Below are positions 18,486 to 28,358 of a DNA stretch of 64,000 nt, piece by piece (position 1 is the first letter of the stretch; the number at the start of each line of letters is the position of its first letter). Origin of the DNA: Bacilli bacterium (GTDB lineage Bacteria; Bacillota_I; Bacilli_A; RF39; UBA660); contig JAAWNF010000002.1 in the NCBI GenBank assembly GCA_022798795.1, forward strand, positions 1,871 to 65,870, written 5' to 3'. A program made the position numbers and the translations under genes. Below the pieces are notes generated by a model that saw nothing but the letters and a program-made list of their open reading frames with translations, was not told the DNA's origin and did not search any database.

Positions 18486-18871
18486 AATTCTAAATCCTTT
18501 TCATCAAATGGATATGGACATAATTCTTTTACGAGAAATTCTTTTTTATCTCCATGATGATTCATGCAAATTACTTTTTTATCCTTTTCCATCATTTCTA
18601 TAATGACTTGTCTACACATAAAACAACAAGTACTAATTTTAGGACTATCTACCATGATATACAAAGCTTCAAAATCATGTGGTTTATACCCATGACTAAT
18701 CGCACTCACAAAAGCACTTCTTTCTGCACATATTGCCGCTCCATAAGAAGCATTTTCTACATTCACTCCTAAGAATTCTTTTCCATCTTTGGCAACTAAT
18801 ATGGCAGCTACTCTAAACTTAGAGTATGGACTATAAGAGTTTTCTAATAATTGTTCTAATTTTTCTTTCAT
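18482..18871 (-). CDS. cdd: Cytidine deaminase
   Basis: CAERSA and the C..C zinc motif; 129 aa. Confidence 0.85.
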   Translation of the reverse strand: MKEKLEQLLENSYSPYSKFRVAAILVAKDGKEFLGVNVENASYGAAICAERSAFVSAISHGYKPHDFEALYIMVDSPKISTCCFMCRQVIIEMMEKDKKVICMNHHGDKKEFLVKELCPYPFDEKDLEL

Positions 18872-18879
18872 AACATCAC

Positions 18880-19278
18880 CTATTTTAATAAGTCTAATAA
18901 TTTTGGTAAAAAAATCATTACTCCAACTACCACGGAAGTGAGCGCAAATACCATAACAGAAGCAGCGGCAGTGTCTTTCGCGATTTTTGCTAACGGATTT
19001 TCTTCAGGGCAAGCTAAATCTACCACTGCTTCTATTGAAGTATTCATTAATTCGGTTCCTATCACAAGTCCAATAAAAAGGAAACAAACTAACCATTCCA
19101 TAGAACTAATGTTTAATAAGATTCCACCTACTACCACAACCATCGTAATAAAAATATGAATTATCATATTTTGTTCCTTTTTAAACGCATAGAGAAGTCC
19201 TTCTATTGCATATTTAAAACTATGAAGCAGTCTCTTCGGTCCTAATGTTTTCTTTTTATCTCTTAATTCCAAATCCAT
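18880..19278 (-). CDS. dgkA: Diacylglycerol/undecaprenol kinase DgkA family
   Basis: 132-aa three-TM protein in the conserved position after ybeY. Confidence 0.75.
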   Translation of the reverse strand: MDLELRDKKKTLGPKRLLHSFKYAIEGLLYAFKKEQNMIIHIFITMVVVVGGILLNISSMEWLVCFLFIGLVIGTELMNTSIEAVVDLACPEENPLAKIAKDTAAASVMVFALTSVVVGVMIFLPKLLDLLK

Positions 19279-19705
19279 CTAAAATCAACTCCTGACGGTC
19301 AAACATAACTTTTTCATCTTCTTTTTCCATATGGTCATATCCTAGTAGATGTAATAATCCATGTACTGCTAAAAAAGAAAGTTCTCGAGTAAAAGAATGT
19401 CCATAAAGTTCTGCTTGTTCTTTTGCTTTTTCTATGGAAATATAGATATCTCCTAATATTCTAGGAATTCCTTCTACATTTAGAAACACTTTATCATCTT
19501 CCAAAGCGAACGAAATGACATCAGTTGGCCTATCTATCCCTCGATATTCTAAATTCATTTTATGAATGTTTTGATTGTCAATTAAAATGATATTAAATAC
19601 CACTGCTTTTGTTTTTTCTACTTCTAATGCATATTCCATAAGCTTTCTTAAAGCTTCTAAATCTACGATTTCCTCAGTCTTATTAAATATTCCAATTTCA
19701 TTCAT
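19256..19705 (-). CDS. ybeY: rRNA maturation RNase YbeY
   Basis: HGLLHLLGYDH zinc-binding motif. Confidence 0.9.
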   Translation of the reverse strand: MNEIGIFNKTEEIVDLEALRKLMEYALEVEKTKAVVFNIILIDNQNIHKMNLEYRGIDRPTDVISFALEDDKVFLNVEGIPRILGDIYISIEKAKEQAELYGHSFTRELSFLAVHGLLHLLGYDHMEKEDEKVMFDRQELILDGFGIKR

Positions 19706-20320
19706 CTATATGACTCCCCAATTACATAAATATAACATTGCTCCTGCAATCAATATTACTATTAGTATAGTATAAATGACTTGATTTTTCAATATTGGAG
19801 GAATATGTTCTTTCATTTTATTGATAAAATAATAAATTAAAAAACCTAATAAAGCTCCAATAATATTTAATACAATATCATCTACATCAAATACTCGTCC
19901 AATTTGAAGTTGTGTAAATTCAATTGTAAAAGATGTCAGTACTGCTAATAGAAAAATGGAAATTGGCTTTTTTAATTTTAAAAAATAAGAGACAAAAAAA
20001 CCATATGGCATGAACATAATCATATTTCCTAATACATTTTTAAAAAATAAAGTGGAACCAATTCGATATCGAAACATTTCTTTAAAAGGAACAAAATTAG
20101 AAGTAGACCAACTAACATCCTGAAATGTCACAACATAGAATAAACACATCACATAAATAATAAAACAAAGCCCTAGCAATTCTTTATAAAAAATGATTTT
20201 CTGTTTTTCCTTGATAACCCAAACAATTCGCATGGAAACAATAATCACGGAACAAATTAAAATCATAGGCCAAGTCCCACTAAAAATACTTAAAAAAGTA
20301 GAGCGAAACATATTAACCAC
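19706..20320 (-). CDS. VanZ-like family membrane protein
   Basis: 204-aa polytopic protein with the VanZ-like conserved E/Q/R/D/N/G pattern (EFTQLQIGRVFDVDDIVLNIIGALLG). Confidence 0.55.
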   Translation of the reverse strand: MVNMFRSTFLSIFSGTWPMILICSVIIVSMRIVWVIKEKQKIIFYKELLGLCFIIYVMCLFYVVTFQDVSWSTSNFVPFKEMFRYRIGSTLFFKNVLGNMIMFMPYGFFVSYFLKLKKPISIFLLAVLTSFTIEFTQLQIGRVFDVDDIVLNIIGALLGFLIYYFINKMKEHIPPILKNQVIYTILIVILIAGAMLYLCNWGVI

Positions 20321-21490
20321 CTACTTACTTTCTATTTCCTCTGTTATATTTTGATAACTTGTAATATCCTCTAATACTGTAAAAAATATTTCTAATACTA
20401 TTCTACTATCTTTTACTTCAACTTTCAAATTTTTTTGACTAATTATTTCTTCTTTGTCAGAAAGTTGACTTTCCATTTTCTTCCGCGCTAAGGCTTCTGC
20501 TTTCACTATGGCTTCATCTTCTGTATTAATTTCATCTACTTCAACTGTCTCTATCTGATTTTCTTTTGCTAGCACAATTGGCAAAAAAGAATGCTTTAAA
20601 AGTATCGTTTTCTCAATCTTTTTCGTTTTGTAATAATGAAATGGAAACAATTGAAAATTTTGATTTAAAAACTGAAATGTATAAGCGATTTGTTTTTTAC
20701 CAGTTTCTCTTATTTCTTGGTAAGCAAATGGATAAGAAACAGTTACTTTATACCAAACTTCTCCATAAACTTTTCCTTCTGCTGGAACAGTTTCTTTTTG
20801 CTCCTCATTTAATTTTAAACTTCCACTAATAATAATATCTCCTGTACTAACATAATCATTCGTATTTCTAACAATTTCACCTTTGGTTGCTTCTACTCTT
20901 CTTATAATCGCACTTTTTTTTGCTATTACATTTCTATTTTCCTGTTCTTCTTTTGTTGGTTTTAATTTTCTCATTTCTACACGTACAATATATTTTGTTC
21001 CTTTTGCCTCTATTTCTAACCACTCTATTTTATCTCTATTTTCATTCACAATTTGTTCTTTGATTTTTTCAAGTTCCTGAAATCTTTTTTTAATACTTCC
21101 TTTCTTGATTCCATGTTCTTCTAATTCTTTATATAATAAAGTCCGAAGCTCCTTATTTGTATGAATAATTTCTATATCATACATAATATTCGATAATCCA
21201 TATAAAAAAAGTAATGCCAAAGCTAGTCCAATTAAAAAAAAGCGATTGAGTTTCATTTTTTTCTTAATTTCTATCAGACCAGAGGTTCCTACTTGGTCAA
21301 TTTCATAAATCGTTTTTAGTTCCATCACACTATCATAAGAGTCTGCATAAATTGTAATAATCACAGTTTTATAATTGGTATATTCTAATTTTAAAATTTC
21401 AATCTGATGACTATAAAGTCTATGAATAAAACGTTCAATATTTCTACCACTAATTTTTAGCGTTATTTTACTTTTTAATTTTTCTAACAT
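20321..21490 (-). CDS. yqfD: Sporulation protein YqfD
   Basis: 389 aa with the YqfD-like architecture (N-terminal domain, TM, C-terminal domain). It lies directly downstream of a yqfC-like gene, as in Bacillus. Confidence 0.6.
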   Translation of the reverse strand: MLEKLKSKITLKISGRNIERFIHRLYSHQIEILKLEYTNYKTVIITIYADSYDSVMELKTIYEIDQVGTSGLIEIKKKMKLNRFFLIGLALALLFLYGLSNIMYDIEIIHTNKELRTLLYKELEEHGIKKGSIKKRFQELEKIKEQIVNENRDKIEWLEIEAKGTKYIVRVEMRKLKPTKEEQENRNVIAKKSAIIRRVEATKGEIVRNTNDYVSTGDIIISGSLKLNEEQKETVPAEGKVYGEVWYKVTVSYPFAYQEIRETGKKQIAYTFQFLNQNFQLFPFHYYKTKKIEKTILLKHSFLPIVLAKENQIETVEVDEINTEDEAIVKAEALARKKMESQLSDKEEIISQKNLKVEVKDSRIVLEIFFTVLEDITSYQNITEEIESK

Positions 21491-21494
21491 ATTA

Positions 21495-21734
21495 TCACCT
21501 AAGTTCTATAGCTTCAATACTTCCTAAAATCAGAATTTCTTCTTGCATCAATTTAGATACAACTAATCCATTTCCTTTTACAATAACTTCTCCATTCTTA
21601 TAATAAATTCTAACTTGTCTACTATCAAAGTGCCCTATCGATTCATAATTTACAATATTCACTTTATTTTGGTAAACATGAATCGAAAATTCTTCTTCTA
21701 CTATAAAACTTCTAAAATCGTTAAATAACTTCAT
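21495..21734 (-). CDS. yqfC: Sporulation protein YqfC
   Basis: 79-aa protein in the conserved position upstream of yqfD. Confidence 0.5.
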   Translation of the reverse strand: MKLFNDFRSFIVEEEFSIHVYQNKVNIVNYESIGHFDSRQVRIYYKNGEVIVKGNGLVVSKLMQEEILILGSIEAIELR

Positions 21735-21781
21735 GAAACCACCTACTCTAGTATATGAAAAAAAGAATCCTTCTATGATTC

Positions 21782-22021
21782 TTATTCTACAACACTTAAA
21801 TTTCCACCATATTTGATATCATAATCATCTAACATATCATAAAAACTATCTTTATCTAAGGCTACTACCTCTTTGATATCAATCATAATATCCATAGTTC
21901 CATATTCATTTAAAATATAGTAAAGTTTACGCTTTAATTCTATTATGTTTTTTCTATTTGCCATTCCCTTTACAGTAATATATAATGTATTTTTACTAAA
22001 TTCAATATCTGTTTTAAACAT
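21782..22021 (-). CDS. Hypothetical small protein, possibly a truncated STAS-like domain
   Basis: The pattern TLYITVKG...IMIDIKEVVALDKDSF loosely resembles the SpoIIAA/STAS fold. It lacks the full-length domain. Confidence 0.3.
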   Translation of the reverse strand: MFKTDIEFSKNTLYITVKGMANRKNIIELKRKLYYILNEYGTMDIMIDIKEVVALDKDSFYDMLDDYDIKYGGNLSVVE

Positions 22022-22057
22022 AATAATCAGCTCCGGTTATACTATAGCACAGCATTT

Positions 22058-22105
22058 GTTTCTAGAAAACGAATTCGACAAAACTAGAAAAAAGTTGTAT
22101 TTTCG
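22058..22105. promoter_or_regulatory. Perfect 12-bp inverted repeat with a 24-nt spacer, in the divergent region upstream of murT
   Basis: AAACGAATTCGA...TCGAATTCGTTT, containing two GAATTC sites. It is a candidate operator or 5'UTR hairpin. Confidence 0.3.
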
Positions 22106-22149
22106 AATTCGTTTATGATAAAATAAAAGTGGTTTTAAAGAGGTGTAAC

Positions 22150-23484
22150 ATGAAAAAAATTCTATTAATCCTCCTTGGAAAATGCATCATTCTATTTGGA
22201 AAAATTGTGCATAGAGGAAGTTCTTTACCAGGTGAAATCATTTTAAAATTAGATTCTAAGTTTATGAAAAAAATAAAACTTCCTAGAACAGTAATTGCTG
22301 TTACAGGAAGCTCTGGAAAAGGTTCCGTTTCTAGTATGATAAGAGATATTTATAAAGGGTGTGGTTATAACGTTGCCCACAATGTGAAAGGTTCTAATTT
22401 AAGTGCTGGGATTATGACACTACTTTTAGAAAATACAACTTTGTTAGGAACCATCAAAAAAGATGTTCTCATTTTTGAAATTGATGAACGCTATACCAAG
22501 TATGTTTTTCCTGAACTAAATCCTAATTATGTGGTCATTACAAATTTAACAAGAGACCAGCCTCCAAGACAAGGACATTTCGATTTGGTATTTGAAGAAA
22601 TCAAAAAAGCAATTACAAATGATATGCATTTGATTTTAAATGGTGATGACCCATATTTACAAAAATTTACATTTGACCATAAGGGACCAATTACTTATTA
22701 TGGAATTTCAAAAAACAAGTTTTCTTATTCAAAAAACAAATTTCAAAATTTAAATCTTAATTATTGTCCAAAGTGTAATAAGAAGTTAGAATATGAATAT
22801 TATCAATTTGAAAATTTGGGGAATTATACTTGTTCAAAGTGCGATTTCAAAAGACCAAAAATTGATTATGAAGTAACAAAACTAGATTTTGAAAAAAAGC
22901 AAATAATTATCAATAATCTTTATTCTATTCATATGCCTTCTGGCATTTTGTATGCAGCTTATAATATATTAGCCGCTTTCGCTACAACTACTATTCTTGG
23001 ATTAAATATAGAAACGATTTCAAGGATAATGGACGAATTAAATCAAAATACAAAACTGTATGATGAATATTCTTTTCATGACAGAATTATTTATGTGTTA
23101 AATAACAAAAATGAAAATAGTACAACTTTTAACAGTTCTCTTTTATTTCTAGACCGTTTTAAGGAGAAAAAAACAATTGTTATTGGTTGGAAAGAAATCA
23201 GTAGAAGATATCATTTTGATGATTTATCTTGGCTATATGATATTGATTTTGAATTACTAAAAAAACATGATATTGATAAAATTATTTGCGTCGGTATCCA
23301 TCGCTATGATATTGCAACAAGATTAAAATATGCAGGTATTTATGAAAAGGATATTATGGTGTTTGACAACTTAGAAAATGCCACAACAGAAATTAAGAAA
23401 CGAACTTCAGGAAATATTTATGCAATTTTAAATTTCGATTATGTGGAACCTTTTAATCATTATATGAAGGAGGACTTATCATGA
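22150..23484 (+). CDS. murT: Lipid II isoglutaminyl synthase subunit MurT (Mur ligase family)
   Basis: GSSGKGS P-loop, a Cys4 insertion (CPKCNKK...CSKCDF) and the DUF1727 tail. AAAGAGGTG SD. The table ORF start at 22129 is probably spurious. Confidence 0.8.
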   Translation: MKKILLILLGKCIILFGKIVHRGSSLPGEIILKLDSKFMKKIKLPRTVIAVTGSSGKGSVSSMIRDIYKGCGYNVAHNVKGSNLSAGIMTLLLENTTLLGTIKKDVLIFEIDERYTKYVFPELNPNYVVITNLTRDQPPRQGHFDLVFEEIKKAITNDMHLILNGDDPYLQKFTFDHKGPITYYGISKNKFSYSKNKFQNLNLNYCPKCNKKLEYEYYQFENLGNYTCSKCDFKRPKIDYEVTKLDFEKKQIIINNLYSIHMPSGILYAAYNILAAFATTTILGLNIETISRIMDELNQNTKLYDEYSFHDRIIYVLNNKNENSTTFNSSLLFLDRFKEKKTIVIGWKEISRRYHFDDLSWLYDIDFELLKKHDIDKIICVGIHRYDIATRLKYAGIYEKDIMVFDNLENATTEIKKRTSGNIYAILNFDYVEPFNHYMKEDLS

Positions 23485-24212
23485 ATATTACAATTGCACA
23501 TCTTTATTATGATTTGCTCAATTTATATGGAGAAAGTGGTAATGTGAAAGCTTTAAAATATGGTTTAGAAAGTCAAGGTATTGATGTTACAATCAAGTTT
23601 GCAACAATTGGAGATGCATTAGACTTTGATTCTTATGATTTTATCTATATGGGCGCTGGAACAGAAGCCAATCAAAAATTAGCACTTCGCCATCTTATAA
23701 AATATAAGGATGATGTAAAAAAAGCAATTGAAATTGGTAAATTCTTTTTAATTACTGGAAATTCTTTAGAACTATTTGGAAAATGTATTATAGATAAACA
23801 TGAAAAAAGAATCAAAACATTACATGCTTTTAATTTCTATACAAAAGAGGAAAATTTTAGAATGGTTGATGAAGCACTGGTAAAAGCTGATTTTATGAAG
23901 CCTTATATATTGGGTTTTCAAAATCAAGGAAGTGTTATTAAAAGCAATGAAAATATAATGTTTGAAGTCATAAAAGGAATTGGAAGTTTTCCAAATAGCA
24001 AAATAGAAGGTGTTCATAAAAATCATTTCTATGGAACTTATTTAATTGGTCCTATTCTAGTTCGAAATCCAGAGTTCTTAAAATATATGGTAAAAGAATT
24101 AATTTTAAGTAAAAATCCAGAGTTTAAATTTAAACGATTTAATCTAACTTTAGAAAATAAAGCTTATCATGAATTTATGAAAAATTATTATAAAGAATAT
24201 ATAGAAGTTTGA
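23481..24212 (+). CDS. gatD: Glutamine amidotransferase GatD (CobQ-like), partner of MurT
   Basis: Overlaps murT by 4 nt (ATGA). Type-1 GATase-like. Confidence 0.75.
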   Translation: MNITIAHLYYDLLNLYGESGNVKALKYGLESQGIDVTIKFATIGDALDFDSYDFIYMGAGTEANQKLALRHLIKYKDDVKKAIEIGKFFLITGNSLELFGKCIIDKHEKRIKTLHAFNFYTKEENFRMVDEALVKADFMKPYILGFQNQGSVIKSNENIMFEVIKGIGSFPNSKIEGVHKNHFYGTYLIGPILVRNPEFLKYMVKELILSKNPEFKFKRFNLTLENKAYHEFMKNYYKEYIEV

Positions 24213-24214
24213 CA

Positions 24215-24600
24215 AAACAAAATTACTATAGTAGAATGTATATAGATGAGGTTTTCCTCATAAAATAAAAAAGAGATACACTCTGATATTGCGTGTTAGG
24301 TGTAACTCTAAACTTTTGGTTATAGAAAACACCTCTCATTGCTGATTGGTGTTTTCATTTAATTAGTCCTTTTTCTTAAGAACTAGAACAGTATAAAATA
24401 CTATAGTTATAAATATAACCATTAATTCCATTGGAATTTGTCCTTTCTATAATCGTTTCAATCATAGAAATCACCTCTTCTCTATCATCTAGTGATGAAA
24501 GAATAGAGTTTAAAAACACCTAACTATCAGAATTGTATCCATATATATTATATATCATATATATCTATTATACAAGAGTGCTACTGAAAATTATTGAATA
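24215..24600 (-). repeat. Copy 2 of the small-gene element
   Basis: Homologous block-by-block to 1085-1440. It has the same TGTATAAT promoter context, the same ATTCTGATAGTTAGGTGTTTT 5'UTR, SD and ORF, the same hairpin and the same ACACCTAAC 3' region. Confidence 0.6.
24376..24465 (-). CDS. Small ORF (29 aa, MIETIIERTNSNGINGYIYNYSILYCSSS) inside element copy 2
   Basis: GAGGTGA SD lies 5 nt upstream. It is a paralogue of 1246-1332. Confidence 0.4.
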   Translation of the reverse strand: MIETIIERTNSNGINGYIYNYSILYCSSS

Positions 24601-24605
24601 CAAAA

Positions 24606-24640
24606 AGAATATGAAAGCCATATTCTTTTTTCATTTATTT
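24606..24640. terminator. Bidirectional intrinsic terminator downstream of pheT
   Basis: AAGAAUAUG...CAUAUUCUU stem flanked by T/A runs on both strands. Confidence 0.5.
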
Positions 24641-27019
24641 ATTTCTAAGCTCTGCATGTAATCCTGTTGTAACAGCTTCAATAATACGCTCAAATACAAC
24701 CGTTACTTCTTGCTCATTCAATGTTCTATTTGGGTCACTAAATGTTAATGCATACGCAATCGATTTTTCATCTTCCCCTACATTTTCTCCTTCATAAACA
24801 TCAAATACATCAATATTTGTTAACATTCTACTTCCTGCTTTTTTGATGATTTCTTCTATTTCTTTTGAAGATACATTTTTCTTTACAATAAAAGCTACAT
24901 CTTTTTTGACACTTGGAAATTTTGGAATTTCTTTAAACTTAATTGGTTTTACTTTTAATTCCAATACTTTCTCTAAATTAATTTCAAATACATAGACATC
25001 TTTTTTTGAAATATTAGGATGTACTCTTCCAATAAATCCTACTACTTCTCTATCAATTAATATTCTTGCACTCATTCCAGGATGTAATTCTTTTCCTAAA
25101 TTTTCAGTATCAAATTGATAGCGATTGGTAAGGCCTAAAAAGCAAAGTAAATTCTCTACGATTCCTTTTATTAAGTAAAAATCAATATTGATTTTATTTC
25201 CTTGCCAAGTATTTTCTTCATAAACACCACTCATAAGTCCTGACAGTGTAAAATCTTCTTTATAGGTTTCATTTTCCTTATAATAGATAGCTCCAGTTTC
25301 AAAAATGGAAACATCTTTTCTGTTACGAGCTACATTATAATCATAAACATGTAATAAAGATGGTATGAATGATTTTCTCATAATTTTTCTATCCTCACTC
25401 ATTGGAGAATTTAAAATTACAGAATCTTTCTTCTTTGAAACAAATAACTCAGCTTCTTCTTCACTTAGCAAAGAATAAGTAATTACTTGATTTAGACCTA
25501 GTGCATTTAAATGTCTACGAATTGTTCTTTCTAATTTTGCTTTTTTAGAATAAGTTCCTTTTCTAATTCTATCCATTGGTAGTGTCCCAACAACTTTGTT
25601 ATACCCATAAATTTTGCCAATTTCTGCAATCAAATCTTCTTTAATATTAACATCTAATCTTCTAGTTGGTACAAACACTTCAAATATGTTATATTTAATT
25701 TTATACTCAAATCCCAAGCGTGGTAAAATCTCACATACATCTTCTTTGGTTATCGGCATTCCTAAAACGCTCTCAATGTTTTCTAACGAAACTTCTATTT
25801 TCTTATCTTCCTTATTTGTTGTATCATGTGTCAATACCCCAGAGCATACTTCTCCTTCTGCATAAAGTTCTAAAAGCTCACATGCTCTATTTAACGCCAA
25901 AACAGTCCTATAAGGGTCTACTCCTTTTTCATAACGACTGCTTGCTTCACTTCTGATAATTGCTTTTGAAGTATAACGAATATGAGTCGGTTCAAAAATA
26001 GCTGCTTCTATAAAAATATCTTTCGTATCTAGTTCTATTTCTGTTTCTAAGCCTCCCATTACTCCTGCTAATGCTACTGGTCCTGTTGGATTTGCGATTA
26101 CAATATCTGTATCTTTTAAAGCTCTTTCTTTATTATCCAATGTGATTAATGTTTCTTCATCGGTTGCCATTCTTACAATCACTTCATCTCCTAAACGGTT
26201 CTTATCAAAAAAATGAAGCGGTTGTCCATATTCAAGCATAACATAATTGCTGATATCAACAACATTATTAATGGGTCTAATACCACTTGCCATCAAACGA
26301 TTTTTGATAAATTTTGGACTCTCTTTAATGGTAACATTTTTTACTAATTTTCCCAAATAAATTGAGCAATTCTCTGTTTGTACCTGTAATCTCATTTGGT
26401 CATTGATGTTTTCTTTCGCCTCATGAAGCTTAATTTCTGGTAATACTACTTTTCTATTATAAATAGCACCAACTTCATAAGCCATTCCTATCACACTTAA
26501 TAAGTCTGCTCTATCTGCGGTTAATTCAAAATCAATTACTTCATCATCTAATCCCAAATAATGCAGTGCATCTTCTCCTACTTTTGCATCTTCCCCTAAA
26601 ATATGAATTCCTGCGTGGTCTTCTTCTTTTAAATATTTTGATTCCAAGCCTAATTCTGCCAAAGAGCAAATCATTCCATTCGATTCCATTCCTGCTAATT
26701 TTGCCTTTTTGATAACTCCACCAGGAAGCTCAGCACCCACTGTTGCTACAATTACTTTTTCTCCCGCTTTTACATTTGGAGCTCCACATAAAATCTGAAC
26801 AGTTTCACTCCCTATATTCACATTACAAATGTGCAAATGGTCTGATTCTGGATGGTTTTCACATGTTTCTACATATCCAATAACCAGTCCTGTCGCATTA
26901 CATAACTTTCCAATACTTTCATATTCATTTCCTGCAAATACCATTTTTTCTGCTAATTCAGAATAAGGAATACCAGATAAATCAATATAATCACTTAAAA
27001 AGGATTTACTTAAACGCAT
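24635..27019 (-). CDS. pheT: Phenylalanine--tRNA ligase beta subunit
   Basis: 794 aa with tRNA-binding, B3/B4 and B5 domains. It is adjacent to pheS. Confidence 0.9.
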   Translation of the reverse strand: MRLSKSFLSDYIDLSGIPYSELAEKMVFAGNEYESIGKLCNATGLVIGYVETCENHPESDHLHICNVNIGSETVQILCGAPNVKAGEKVIVATVGAELPGGVIKKAKLAGMESNGMICSLAELGLESKYLKEEDHAGIHILGEDAKVGEDALHYLGLDDEVIDFELTADRADLLSVIGMAYEVGAIYNRKVVLPEIKLHEAKENINDQMRLQVQTENCSIYLGKLVKNVTIKESPKFIKNRLMASGIRPINNVVDISNYVMLEYGQPLHFFDKNRLGDEVIVRMATDEETLITLDNKERALKDTDIVIANPTGPVALAGVMGGLETEIELDTKDIFIEAAIFEPTHIRYTSKAIIRSEASSRYEKGVDPYRTVLALNRACELLELYAEGEVCSGVLTHDTTNKEDKKIEVSLENIESVLGMPITKEDVCEILPRLGFEYKIKYNIFEVFVPTRRLDVNIKEDLIAEIGKIYGYNKVVGTLPMDRIRKGTYSKKAKLERTIRRHLNALGLNQVITYSLLSEEEAELFVSKKKDSVILNSPMSEDRKIMRKSFIPSLLHVYDYNVARNRKDVSIFETGAIYYKENETYKEDFTLSGLMSGVYEENTWQGNKINIDFYLIKGIVENLLCFLGLTNRYQFDTENLGKELHPGMSARILIDREVVGFIGRVHPNISKKDVYVFEINLEKVLELKVKPIKFKEIPKFPSVKKDVAFIVKKNVSSKEIEEIIKKAGSRMLTNIDVFDVYEGENVGEDEKSIAYALTFSDPNRTLNEQEVTVVFERIIEAVTTGLHAELRNK

Positions 27020-28068
27020 TATTCTTCACTTCCTTCCACACGATTAAAGTCTTCTAAAAATCTTAAATCATTAATATAAAAATTACGAATATCATGAATT
27101 CCATATTTTAACATGGCAATTCTTTCTGGACCCATACCAAATGCAAATCCAGTATACTTTTCTGGGTCATATCCACAACCTCTTAATACATTTGGATGCA
27201 CCATGCCAGAGCCTAATATTTCAATCCAACCAGTTCCCTTACAGATAGAACAACCACTTCCACCACATTTAAAACAACTAACATCTACTTCTAAACTTGG
27301 TTCTGTAAAAGGGAAAAAACTTGGACGAAAACGAACTTCTCTATCTTCACCAAATAATTTTTTTGCTACTTCCTCTAATGTTCCTTTTAAATGAGAAAGA
27401 CTGATATTTTCTCCTACAACAAGTCCTTCTATTTGTGTAAATTGATGAGAATGAGTTGCATCATCATCATCTCTTCTATATACTTTTCCAGGACAGATTA
27501 CTCTAATTGGAGTTTTCTCTAAATTCGCATCCATGGTTCTAGCTTGAACTGGAGAAGTCTGAGTCCGAAGTAACATTTCTTCTGTAATATAAAAACTATC
27601 TTGGGCATCTCTTGCTGGGTGTCCTTTTGGTAAATTCAATTTTTCAAAATTATATAAATCTTCTTCTATTTCAGGTCCCTCTACCACATCATAACCCATC
27701 GATACAAATAAATCTTCTATTTCTTCGATTACTTTGGTAATTGGATGAACACTTCCTACATGTATTTTAGAACTTGGAAGTGTAATATCAATTTTTTCAC
27801 GTTCTAATTTTTCATTTAATTCTTTTTCTTCTAATGCTTCACGCGCAGTATCAAATAATGTTCCAACTTCTGCTTTTAGTTCATTTAATACTCGACCAAA
27901 TTCTTTTTTTTCATCTACTGACAATTCTTTCATCATAGAACTAAGTTCGTTAATTGGTCCTTTTTTTCCTAAATATTCTACTTTTAAATCATTTAATTCT
28001 TTTAAAGAAATCACTTTTTCTATTTTTTCTTTGATTTCTTTTTTTAAATTTTCTACTCTTTCTTTCAT
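27019..28068 (-). CDS. pheS: Phenylalanine--tRNA ligase alpha subunit
   Basis: 349-aa class II aaRS core ([26 protein letters not shown]). Confidence 0.9.
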   Translation of the reverse strand: MKERVENLKKEIKEKIEKVISLKELNDLKVEYLGKKGPINELSSMMKELSVDEKKEFGRVLNELKAEVGTLFDTAREALEEKELNEKLEREKIDITLPSSKIHVGSVHPITKVIEEIEDLFVSMGYDVVEGPEIEEDLYNFEKLNLPKGHPARDAQDSFYITEEMLLRTQTSPVQARTMDANLEKTPIRVICPGKVYRRDDDDATHSHQFTQIEGLVVGENISLSHLKGTLEEVAKKLFGEDREVRFRPSFFPFTEPSLEVDVSCFKCGGSGCSICKGTGWIEILGSGMVHPNVLRGCGYDPEKYTGFAFGMGPERIAMLKYGIHDIRNFYINDLRFLEDFNRVEGSEE

Positions 28069-28074
28069 TTTATC

Positions 28075-28300
28075 CCTCCTAATAAAAAAATCACATCCAA
28101 TAAGGACGTGATTTGACGTGGTACCACCTTAATTTGTAGAACATTCTACCTTGAAACTGTAACGCGTTACCGTTATATGTTTTGCATATAAAACTCCAAG
28201 ACGAATTCATAAATTGATATCATCTATTTTCACCAACCATAGACTCTCTAAAAATATCTCCATTTATTACTACTTCTCTTCTCCGTTTTTCATAAACACT
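28075..28300 (-). promoter_or_regulatory. T-box riboswitch leader of pheST
   Basis: On the minus strand, AAAUUAAGGUGGUACCACG at 28117-28135 matches the T-box consensus. It is followed by terminator AAUCACGUCC...GGAUGUGAUUUUUUUAUU. A UUC is present in a GAAUUCG context. Confidence 0.8.
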
Positions 28301-28303
28301 CTC

Positions 28304-28332
28304 ATTTTAGCACATTTTTTTTAAGCTTACAA
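28304..28332 (-). promoter_or_regulatory. Sigma-A promoter for the pheST leader
   Basis: TTGTAA, 17-nt spacer, TAAAAT on the minus strand. Confidence 0.45.
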
Positions 28333-28358
28333 GAATTAATTTTTACTTTTTTGAAAAT

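Noticed and set aside
22129-22149. Upstream extension of murT (MVLKRCN...)
   Set aside because: The AAAGAGGTG SD sits directly before the internal ATG at 22150, and MurT homologues start with MKK.../M.LR...
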